A stretch of 64,000 nucleotides of DNA from the human T2T-CHM13v2.0 reference genome, Homo sapiens: assembly GCF_009914755.1 (NCBI RefSeq), contig NC_060926.1; one strand, written 5' to 3'. A program made the position numbers and the translations under genes. The notes under the pieces were generated by a model. That model searched no databases. It saw nothing but the letters and a program-made list of their open reading frames with translations, and was not told the origin of the DNA. Below, one piece after another: positions 52,038 to 64,000 of the stretch; the first letter of the stretch is position 1; the number at the start of each line of letters is the position of its first letter.

Positions 52038-53759
52038 TGGAATTTAAGAGTTAATTATTGATTGAAATATTGTTTCCTGCAGTTTTGATATGCACAATAA
52101 TCAAAGCAGAAATACGTAAGCCTTTAAAGATATTTATCAGAAGATATTCAAACAAAAAAATACTGGTTTAGTTCAGATAATATTCTAATGTTCTGGTTAA
52201 ATCATTTTAGAAAACATTGGTTCAGCTTCAGTTCATGTTAGTTCAGTAGGATTTTACTGGTTTTCATGGAAATCCTTTTGGATGAGTCCACAATTTAGAA
52301 AAACATAATGTTGTATTTCAGTTCAGCACTCGGTTTCAGAAATGAGTGTGATCTCTTTGAATTTTTGGTTCATAATTTGAGTCAACTCCAGTTCCTGTTT
52401 CTAATGTATCCACCCTAGACATTTTGTAGTTATGGCTTAGAAAGACAGACATGGGCCAAAGAACTGGTTTCCACTGAGGCTCGAGTTTATTAATCCTGCT
52501 CTTCTTATGTAGGAGCCAATAATCCTAATGGCTTTGAATGACTCTAAATTTATCTCTGTGATTTGGCATGACTAAAGGTCTCACTCATGACAGACATGCC
52601 AAAATTAACACATTAGCCTGTTTCATACTTGTTCTATGATATAAATGCACCTAATTGAAAATGTCTCTGTTCTTACTCATAAGTTTTGCATTCCCGTGGT
52701 TTGAGATTTCTTTTACCATGTTAGTTCTAGAACACTATTCTGGATTTTGTATGGTGTCTCAGAAAATACACTTAAAAATTAGAGGTTCAAGTTTTTTTTT
52801 TTTTTTTTTTTTACGGGGACTGAGGAGGTACTGTACATTTCAGAAGGAGAATGTATGTGGGGAATGAGAGGCTCCTTCTCCAGGGAATCCCACTGATCAG
52901 GGACTGGGAAAAGGTGGCTCAGCATTGCCAGATACCTGGAGTACACTACAACATTTTAACTACAAATTAGAAATCTGAGTTCCTATGAAAAACCCTGATT
53001 TGTACATATCAGCCAATAACTTAAAAAATTAAAATCAACAAGTGGGCCACTACTGTGCTGGCCAAACAGTACATGTCTATAGGTTCAGTTATTGGGCTGC
53101 TGGTTTTCAGAGTCTGATTTTGACACTGCCTATTTTTTCTATGTCCTCCCTGTCCTCTTCCATGCCTTACTTGATGATTCTGCCCTTATTCTTTTGGATA
53201 AAAATGTTGATAAAATATTCGAAAGTAGGAACCCAATTCTCTGGGTATGACTGTATGCTTCTCTCATGGTCATTGGCCACCCCTATGACATTTATCTAGT
53301 CAAGTTTGCACATATAGCCATTGGTCATAAAGTAGAATGAGCAAGAGGCTGTAAACGATGCACTACAATCCATCTCACACAATTAACCTGGTAGAAGTCT
53401 TCATGTTTATGTGCTACTTATTTGTTTTCCAAAATGCATTCAAGGAGTGCCAGCTGCGTATGGCAAGTGGAATGCACAGTGGGTACATACCCTCCACTGG
53501 ACTTTACTTATTTTCAAAATTTGAATTAAACAGAAGAAGCCCGTTGCCCTCTGGTCATAAGCTGTGAGGATGTGAGCCTAGAAGCCACCAGCAGACATAG
53601 TTCCTTTATCAGGAGAAAGATGGTGTGAGAGAATAAAGCCAACATGCTGAGATATGCATTATCTTTCTCCTGGATACTGCAAGGGCTTCCTGACTTGTCT
53701 TCCCGTTTCTACCCTTGCTCCACAGTCTACTTCCAACACAAAAACTGGAGTGATCTTTA

Positions 53760-54113
<354 letters not shown>

Positions 54114-54114
54114 A

Positions 54115-54345
54115 GCTAACACCAATACACATTTTCTACATTTTCTATGTGCCAGGCATTATTGTAAGTGCTTTATGCATATTCACTCATTTAATTCTCA
54201 CAACAGCTTTATGAAGTTGGCACTATTATTATCCATTTATTGGATGAGGAAGCTGAGTCACTGAGATATTAAGTAATCTACTCAAAGTGCCACTGTTAAT
54301 AAGCATGGGGCCACAATTTAAACTCAGGCGTCATGATTTCAGAGT
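54115..54345 (-). mobile_element. MIR SINE
   Basis: ctatgtgccaggcatt...ctcatttaattctcacaacag...gatgaggaagctgag. Confidence 0.85.
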
Positions 54346-54364
54346 CCACTGAAATCATAATGAA

Positions 54365-54838
54365 AGGTTTTCAGATGATAAAAAACCCACCTCAAATTGG
54401 CTTACATAAAAAGTGGAACTTACTCCCTTCTATCATGGACCAGTCCCTGGCGCTATCCCAGTGTGCCGTCAGTATTTGGTACTCTTCTCTCTCATCTCAG
54501 CCTCGTTCTCAGGCAGCCTCTCTGTGTGTGGTGACCGCAGCAACACTGGGTCCACATCATTTTCAGCTTCGAGTTTAGAAGACAGAGAGGAGCTTGTGCC
54601 GATAAGTCTCAGGACTGAGTCTCAGTGATCCCAGTGGGGTGTCTGACTCATAACTGAACATTTCACCCTGGGGCCAGGATAGAAGATACCAATTGGCCAG
54701 ATCGTGGTCATGTGACAACCTGTCTAACTATGGGTTAGGGGATGGTGTTGATTTTGTATCACCAGAGCCATGTAGGCCAAGAGTGGGTGAGGAGCTGTTG
54801 CACCAAATATAAACAGGGTGCTATTATAAGTAAAAGGA
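54365..54838 (-). mobile_element. Old MaLR LTR (MLT1K/L-like)
   Basis: aaaacccacctcaaattggcttac...ccaattggccagatcgtggtcatgtgac...agggtgctatta. Confidence 0.5.
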
Positions 54839-54839
54839 T

Positions 54840-55190
<351 letters not shown>

Positions 55191-55406
55191 TGGGGGGATG
55201 GATACTGGGTAAGGAAAAATATTGGATGGCCACTACAGGCAGACACTGTGTTTTGTTTGTTTGCTTGTTTTTTGTTTTTTTTTTCACAGATGAGGGGCCT
55301 AGGGTTCATAAATGCTAAGTGATTTTCCCAGGACTATAGATCTAGAGCATGGCAGGGCTGGGATTTGAATCCCAAAACTTTTGTCTTGTCATAAAAAGAC
55401 AAACTT

Positions 55407-55706
55407 GGCCAGGTGCGGTGGCTCACACCTATACTCCCAGCACTTTGGGAGGCTGAGGCGGGACAATCACCTGAGGTTGGGAGTTTGAGATCAGCCTGGC
55501 CAACATGGTGAAACCCCATCTCTACTAAAACTACAAAAATTAGCCAGGCATGGTGGCAGGTGCCTGTAATCCCAGCTACTTAGGAGGCTGAGGCATGAGA
55601 ATCGCATGAACCCAGGAGGCGGAGGTTGCAGTGAGCTGAGATCTCACCACTGCACTGCAGCCTGGGCAACAGAGAGAGACTCCATCTCAAAAAAAAAAAA
55701 AAAAAA
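55407..55706 (+). mobile_element. AluS
   Basis: Dimer; TSD aaaagacaaact. Confidence 0.95.
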
Positions 55707-57344
55707 AAAAGACAAACTGGAAATGACGGGAATGGTAGTTGTCAGGGTGGTCTTCAGGGTCCAGGGACTGCCTGGTGCTCTGTCTATTCGCACCATCACT
55801 TCTTTTTTCCTGCCTTTTAGCTCAGCCCTGAGGGGCTCCAACTCCAGGACCCCAGAACTGGTTTTCTTTAAGAAAGGATCTGGAAGGTGACAGGGAGGTG
55901 AAGGAGTGGAGCTTCCTTGAAATGGCAGACCCAGAGACCTAGAGGAGCCTTGCTTCTGTGGTCTAATTGGACTAATTTTAGGCTGTTAATTAGCCTCTGG
56001 CAATTATTTTTCACTCCAGAAATTCCCCAGTTTTATTTACACAGAGTGATTTAGCCTTTTCACAGACAGAGTTATTTCCTTATATTTGGTTCTGTTTAAA
56101 AAAACCTCCAGTCCCCAAAGCCTTCCAAAAAGCTGGGCCGGAAGCAGAGCCCAGGATCAAGTATCTGCAACTTCAGAGGCAAGGAAGGTCTGGGGGCTAA
56201 AATTCACACAGTCAACAATTTTAAGCAGTTTAGGCCAATGCTCACTTGTTCTTTCTTTCCCTTCTTTCCTTCTTCCCTCCATCCTTTCCTTACCTCCTTT
56301 CTTTCTGCTTAAAACCCCTCTGTTCTTAATGTGCTTGGCTTATACTCCTTAATAGATACTAAGCATCTATTAGAAGTCAAACATTTTGGGAAGAGCTTAA
56401 GAGAGGCTATGTTCTCAGTAAGATATCTATAATTTACCTTCACAAAGTTCAGCATAGACAGAAGATATTGAGTTTGTGCTATTTGGTAGAAGCTCTGACT
56501 CCAAGGGCAGCACCTCTTGCCAAGAACACAATCAGGGCATAGTCAGCTCCATTCCAATTAGGAAGTTAAGGCAGCTGCTGTGAGCACCAATGATATCCAT
56601 ATCTTGATCAGTACCTTATGTTTGGCTTAGCATAGTGAATGTCAGAAAGGGTTTTTATTAATTCAAGTAGTAGCTAGTAGTCTGCACAGTGAATGTGGGC
56701 TCTTAACTGGGTGAAACTGAAGATATTTGAGATGCGTGGATGGGGCTAAAATAGTTCAGAACCACTCACATAAATAGGTTAGAGAAATCTAGGAAGGCCT
56801 GCTGCCTGCACCCTCAGGGAAGGCATCAGAAACTTGATCCCAACTGGTCCTACATCTAGCCACTTGTTAGGAGGATGTCTGGTTGCCCAATGCCACGTAT
56901 GAGGGTAACATATGTGTTACCCTCATATGTTGTCATAAGAGAATGTTGTCATATGAGACTGTTGTCATATCTGTCTCAGATAAACTTTTCATATAAGACA
57001 GTGGCCAAAGCACTTCAAAGGGTAGAGAGCTTGGGTTTCACGGCCCTTAAAGATCAGACTTTATAAACTGTCTTTCATTTACTAGCTAATAAGTTCTTTT
57101 TTAGTGAATGTTCATATATGTGGCAGAATTTGATGTGAGATTTCCCATCAATGTCATGGGACAGGGAGGGTGTGGGAAGCAGATAAACCTCACCCACCTG
57201 GAACCTCACCCACCTCCAACATCTTCTTCAGTGACTACTGTTTCCACCAAAGAGAACCAACATTGCATATACTGAAACTGGCTTAAGTTTGTTTGCAATA
57301 ACTCCTTCCCTTCAGAGAATTTGCATCTTAGCTAGAAAGATGAA

Positions 57345-57747
57345 TCTATTAGGCCATTTTCACACTGAAGATGGGCTACCCAAGATTGGGTAATTTATAA
57401 CTGGAAGATACTACCCAAGATTGGGTAATTGATAAACAAAGGAGGTTTAATTGACTCACAATCCTGCACGCCTGGAAAGGCCTTGGGAAACTTATAATCA
57501 TGGCTGAAAGGAGGCAGGCACCTTCTTCACAAGGCGGCGGGAGAGACAGCGAGCAAGAGCAGGGAAAACTGCCTTATAAAACCATCAGATCTCATGAGAA
57601 CTCACTCATTATCATGAGGACAGCATGGGCGAAACTGCCCTCATGATCCAATCACCTCTCACCAAGTTCCTCTCTCGACATGTGGAGGTTATGGGTGTTA
57701 CAGTTTGAGATGAGATTTGGGTGGGGACACAGAGCCAAACCATATCA
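57345..57747 (-). mobile_element. THE1 (THE1D-like) solo LTR
   Basis: Minus start tgatatggtttggctctgtgtccccacccaaatctcatct; intact 5-bp TSD ATGAA at 57340-57344 and 57748-57752. Confidence 0.92.
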
Positions 57748-58289
57748 ATGAACAATTAGGGGAAAACCACACTTCAAACAAGGATACCCATACAGCATAC
57801 AATGTACAAGCAAGAACAGGAGGGCTTCAGAAAGGGCAGAAAACAGTTAGGCAGGTTTTTCTTCCTTTACTTTTGTGAGCTTTATTGAGGTACCGTTTAT
57901 ATAACATAAAACTCACCAGTATCAAGTGCACGATTTGAAGAGCTTTGACAAATGTAGACATTTGTGAACCACCATCACAATCAAGGTGTAGAACATGTCT
58001 ATCACTCCCAAATATTTCTTCTTTCCTAATTTTAGTCAATCTCGTACTCCCACCTCTTGGACCCTGACAACCACGGATGTAGTTCCATCACCCTAGTTTT
58101 ACCTTTTAGAAAAAATTTCACAGAAATGAATCATACAGTTTGTAGCCTTTTGAGTCTGGCTTCTTTCACTTGGCATAATGCATTTGAGATTTGTCCATGT
58201 TTCAGTGTATATCAGTAGTTCATTCCTTTTTATTGCTGAGTAGTATTCTGTTGTATGGATGTACCACAATTTGTTTATCACTTCACCAG

Positions 58290-58954
<665 letters not shown>

Positions 58955-59134
58955 TAAATTCTAACCATTCCAATGTGTGTATACACAGTGGTGTTTCACT
59001 GTGGCTTTAATTTGCATTTCTCTATTGAATAATCATGTTGAGCATCTTTGCATGTGCTTATTTTTCATTTGTATATCTTTTATAAAGTATGTATTCATTT
59101 TTTTGCCCTTTTTTTCTTATAGAGTTATAAGAGT

Positions 59135-59448
<314 letters not shown>

Positions 59449-60209
59449 CAAGAGTTTTTGAAGTATTGTGCACACAGATCTTTTACCAGATATTTGTTTT
59501 GCAAATATTTTCTCCTGGTCTCTGGCTTTCCTTATTGATTCCTTAACTGTCTTTTCTTATTAGTTTTGTTTCTGAACTGTATCTTTTCAAGAGTAAAATT
59601 TTAAGTTTTGATGAAGTTCAATTCATCGATTTTTTTGTGTCCCTATTTTTAAGAAATCTTTGCCCAATGCAAGGCTACTAAGATTTTCTCCTATGTTTTC
59701 TACTGTTTGTTTTATAGTTTTATCTCTTATGTGTAGGTTTATGATCCAATTTATTTTAATTTTTTGTATATACTATGAGTTAGAGATTGAGATTTTCTTT
59801 TGCCCATGCCTATTTAATTCTCCCAGCTCCATTTGTTGAATGTCTAGTTTTTACTTCATTGAAGTGCCTTGGCATCTTTGTAAAAATCAATTTGCCATAT
59901 ACATATAAGTTTATTTCTTGACTTTCTGTTTTGTTCTGATACCATCACTGCCTTTTCTACTATCGCTTTATAAAAAGTCTTGAAATCAGATAGTATAATC
60001 TACCTTTGTTCTTCCTTTTCTTTAAAGCTGAGATTTAAAGTATAGGAATTTAATTTGGTCCTGTATCTGGAATGAAATGAAACTGGTCCAGATTCCACCT
60101 CGAATACTTGCTAGCTGGGAGATCTTAGCCAAGTCACATGTTTTACCCGAGTCTCACAATACTTCATGGCCTTGTGAAGATTAAATGAATGATTGAAAGT
60201 TTAAAAAAT

Positions 60210-60507
60210 GGGCTGGGCATGGTGGCTCACACCTGTAATCCCAGCCCTTTGGGAGCCCGAGGTGGGTGGATCACTTGAGGTCAGGAGTTTGAGACCAGTC
60301 TGGCCAACATGGCAAAATCCCATCTCTACTAAAAATACAAAAATTCGCCAGGCGTGGTGGTGCATACTTGTTATCCCAGCTACTTGGGAGGCTGAGGCAG
60401 AAGAATTGCTTGAACCCAGGAGGCAGTGGTTGCTGTGAGCTGAGATTGCGCTACCACACTCCAGCCTGGGTGACAGAACAAGACTCCATCTCAATTAAAA
60501 AAAAAAA
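60210..60507 (+). mobile_element. AluS
   Basis: Dimer; TSD gaaagtttaaaaaatg. Confidence 0.95.
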
Positions 60508-61829
60508 GAAAGTTTAAAAAATGTACTTTTAAAACGGTAAAGAGAGATGCACATATCACCTGATATGTTGTTATGGTCCTAGGAGTGGTTATTCTATAGG
60601 CAACCCAAATAATAGTGCCTGCTTTCTTGCAGTGTTAAAAAAATATTAGCCGCCCATACTTACTGTACGCTCCCTACTGGGCCCTCCTGCAGAATAATGA
60701 GAAATCCTTACCCCTTGACACTCTTGGCCATGTGACTTGCTTGGGCCAATCAGCTGTGAGCAGAAGTGACATGTCCTCTTCTAAGCAGAAGCTATAAAAG
60801 CCATCATGTGTCCTCCACTTTTTCTTTTCTTCCTCTCCATTAGATTGCCCCAAACCCCCATTTTTCTGGATGCTGTTCCTTGTTCACTTCCCTCTCCCTT
60901 ATATGCGTGGGTCACTCAAGAACAGCCATGTACTTCCATGGCCCTGCCACCCTGGTCTCAGATGGGCACCTGAGGGTTTGGGGGCAATGATCTGTCCCCT
61001 GCAATTTTTAGACTAGAGTACAGCTAGTCAGGTCAATCTTTCTTCAGTGGTTGAAGCTATAAGCTGTACAGTTTGTGGCCACTGCTTTCCGCCTTGTGAG
61101 TTATAATGGAAATCTACCATGTGTGGCTGCCCAAATCTTGTAAATATTTCCACATTTCAGTAGTGCCATGTTTCGTGAATCTTGTCACCTCAAGGTAGGT
61201 TCCAAAAACCGTAAACCAACCAGCCAACCTACAATTCCCAGCTTCCATTGCAGCAAGAGAGTAGAATCATGGTCTAGGTTCTCCTAACCAGATAATCCTA
61301 TGTGGAATTTTGATTTGCAAATATGTGAGAAAGCAGTTTGGGTGAGTGGCTAGTGGATTGGTATCAGGTCCCTTATTGGGTCAGTTCTTTAGCAGGGTTC
61401 TGGGAGTTGTTCTAGGAAGACCAGCCTAAAACCTGTTTCTCCACACTTTCAGTGATTCTGTGAGCTAATCCAAGGTAGTTTTCAAAATACTTCACAAGTG
61501 GCACAGCCTGGGCCCTGCTGCACCTGACAGGGTGCTGTGACCAGGCAGAAGGGAAGTGGCTGTAAACAGCCAGTAAGACTGTGCAGGTGTATACAAGCTG
61601 ATTGTCAGTCCGAGGACAAATAATGTCCTTTCAAAAATCCTTTTCTCCTTAAGCCATATAGATTTTGTTGCCTACAGCCCAGAACCAGTTCTTAATGAAA
61701 GAGAAATGTAAGTTCAGTTCTTGGAGAGTGGTAGGGAAAAGGTGCAGAGTCCATCCCAACGTGGCCAAGGCCCTGATTTCTGTCATTCCCAAGGTCCAGC
61801 TGCATCTCTGTTTGTCCATAGCTTGACTT

Positions 61830-62124
61830 TATTTTCTTTTTTAAAGACAGGATCTGACTTTGTCACCCAGGCTGGAGTGCAATGGCACTATCTTGGCTTA
61901 ATGCAACCTCCCAGGCTTAAGTTATCCTCCCAGTCTCAGCCTCCTGAGTAGCTGGGATTACAGGCGTGTGCCCCCACTCCCAGTTAATTTTTGTATTTTT
62001 TTGTAGAGATGCGGTTTTGCCATGTTGCCCAGGCTGGTCTTGAACTCTTGGGCTCAAAAAGATTCGTCCGTCTCCGCCTCCCAAAATGCTGAGATTACAG
62101 ACATGAGCCACCATGCCCATTCCC
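61830..62124 (-). mobile_element. AluJ
   Basis: Diverged reverse dimer. Confidence 0.9.
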
Positions 62125-62249
62125 ACCTTTCTTTCTTTAAAAAGATGAACATTAATAAATTAGATGAGAAAAATGAAAGAGTAGGGGCTGAGAAACTTCG
62201 GTTAAACAATGATTTATTTAATGAAGAAGCAGCATGCATCAGAGAAGCT

Positions 62250-62700
62250 CTTTGATTCTGCTTAGAGGCAGATCCTGAAGGAAAGATTTGACTGCAAGTA
62301 AATTATTTAGGAAATGATTCTAGGAAACAACTGTGGGAGAGGGAGGAAGTGAGATGGAAAGGGAAGGCAGCCAACGAAATGTGCTTTATCAAGCAGGTTA
62401 CCAAAATGTGGAACTGGAGCTTAATCTCATTTGGGAACTTTGGAGGGTTGTAGAAAACACACCCACATGTGCTACCCAAGAGGTGAGGGAGCTGGGATAT
62501 TTATACACCAGCCTGGTCAGTCACTGGTTGAGGGCAGCTAGATGGTGGTGTGGTGGGTAATTATCCGGCAGAGTGGGTCCAATAGGCAGAGAAAGCCCTT
62601 AGGCGAAGAGAGACAGGTTGGCAGTTGGAAGTTGGGCAGCTGTCCTGAGATGGTAAGAGAGAGGGGAAATGGGTGTGGCATGGACAGCTTCTGCAAGATC
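62250..62700 (-). mobile_element. ERVL solo LTR (LTR33-like)
   Basis: gcagatcctgaaggaaagatttgactgcaagt...atcaagcaggttacc...gggatatttatacacc...ttgagggc. Confidence 0.7.
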
Positions 62701-62869
62701 TTGTTTAGACTTTTCCCTGAATGCACACCTATGTGAGGCACCACTTCCATAATAAAAATGTCACATGGTAGTGACATGCTTGTGCTAAGGTAGATTCAAA
62801 TTTATTTCGGGTTTAAGATCAATGGGAACATTTAAAAAATGAATTGCTCATATAATTATTGCTTGAAAG

Positions 62870-63003
62870 TCCATCTCTTCTGTTTGACTGTAAGCTTTCT
62901 GAGGGCAGAGCCTATGTCTTTATTTGCTCACTGTTTTATCCCTGGGCTTTAGCATGGTGCCTAACACATAGCAGAAATTCAATAATTTTTTTATTGAATG
63001 AAT
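62870..63003 (+). mobile_element. L2 3' end
   Basis: gactgtaagctttctgagggcag...gtgcctaacacatagcag...ttgaatgaat. Confidence 0.8.
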
Positions 63004-64000
63004 TTGGCATAATTAGACAATGTGGGGTATTGCTAGATGTTAAAATTTGAAAAAAAATCTGAATGTGTGCAACATAAAAAACAAAACCCCAATGATTTAT
63101 CTTTATAGCTCCAAAATGTCATTATTAGCTTAAGAATATATTTTTGTGTGACAAGCAAGTTGATTTGCTTATTAAATTATTAATTGGTATGTTTAGAGGG
63201 CTACAGACCTTGTAAAACATTGGAGGAGGTTTTGTTTTTTTTTTTTTTAACCCCCTTCTTAACTCAAAAAAGTCTAAGGAGGGAGAAAGAAAAAGCTGAT
63301 TTTTCAGCTGTTTGTTTTCTTTTTCCTCCCAACACTCTGAGGTTTCTACGTGCTGTTAAAACAGGGCCAAGAATCCCTGGCTTGGATTCTGTCTTTCCTT
63401 GGGGGCAGAAGTTTCCCTCTCAGGCCTCCGGGGTCTTTCCAGTCTGCAGTCTTCAAATATGGGCTGACCAACCCAGAAATGATATTTTTTGTTGACTAAC
63501 TCCAGGCACATATGTTCTTTCGTGGAGGGATATTTTTGAAAGAAAGGCTGCACAGTTTCCATTTGCAAGAGAAGAGTATATTTTCAGAAGCTTCTATGGG
63601 AGGGAGACTGACCTTTGCTCTAACACAGAGAGTCTTCTTCAATCTGGGATTTTATGGGGAACCTCATCTATTTTCTTTCTTCTTCTTTCCTGCTGGAGCT
63701 AGTTTCCTCTGTTCTCTGGTTAAACATTTTTATTGGATGGATTTTACAATGGGGAGGAACACATACTTTTTTGTTGAAAGACCATCTCCAGCTAATGGAA
63801 TCTAATCGGGCCAAGGGAATAAAATTTGGGAATTCAATTTCCTCAAACTGAGTCGACACTTCACTGCTCCTGTTTCATGCACTTTGAAATATGGCGTGTT
63901 CATGTTTGAAGGCACAGAGAGAGTTGAGCTCATTCTTAAGTGAGACATTCTAGGCAAGAAATAGCTAGAACTAATATTAAAATCGTCAACTGTAAACGCC

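Noticed and set aside
57187-57216. 16-bp direct repeat aacctcacccacct twice
   Set aside because: Ordinary slippage duplication with no further structure.

Overview
Human/primate genomic DNA, apparently intergenic or within a long intron. It is very repeat-dense: about 45-50 Alu/FLAM/FRAM copies, several old L1M pieces, MIR/L2, MaLR and ERV solo LTRs, and MER20/MER103/MADE1 DNA transposons. I found no intact protein-coding exon, and nearly all ORF-track entries are Alu-, L1- or LTR-derived noise. Two processed pseudogenes lie on the minus strand. One is a DNAJB12 retrocopy covering the whole CDS (38204-39844), with 15-bp TSDs, a poly(A) tail and an Alu inserted right at the end of the J-domain. 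The other is an RPS15A retrocopy (about 49348-49830) inside an old L1. From memory, this pair fits the DNAJB12P1 region on 2p14 near SPRED2; this is unverified. Other notable structures: a three-level nest (Alu > LTR12 with a CCAAT-box array > AluY), a full-length MADE1 hairpin with miR-548-like arms, a MER39-type LTR hit by five Alus, serial Alu insertion at one target site, an unexplained hairpin plus short repeats at about 56.9 kb, and a few motif-dense non-repeat blocks that may be enhancers. I see no evidence of a wholly new multi-gene system. Repeat subfamily names are recognised by eye and boundaries are approximate.
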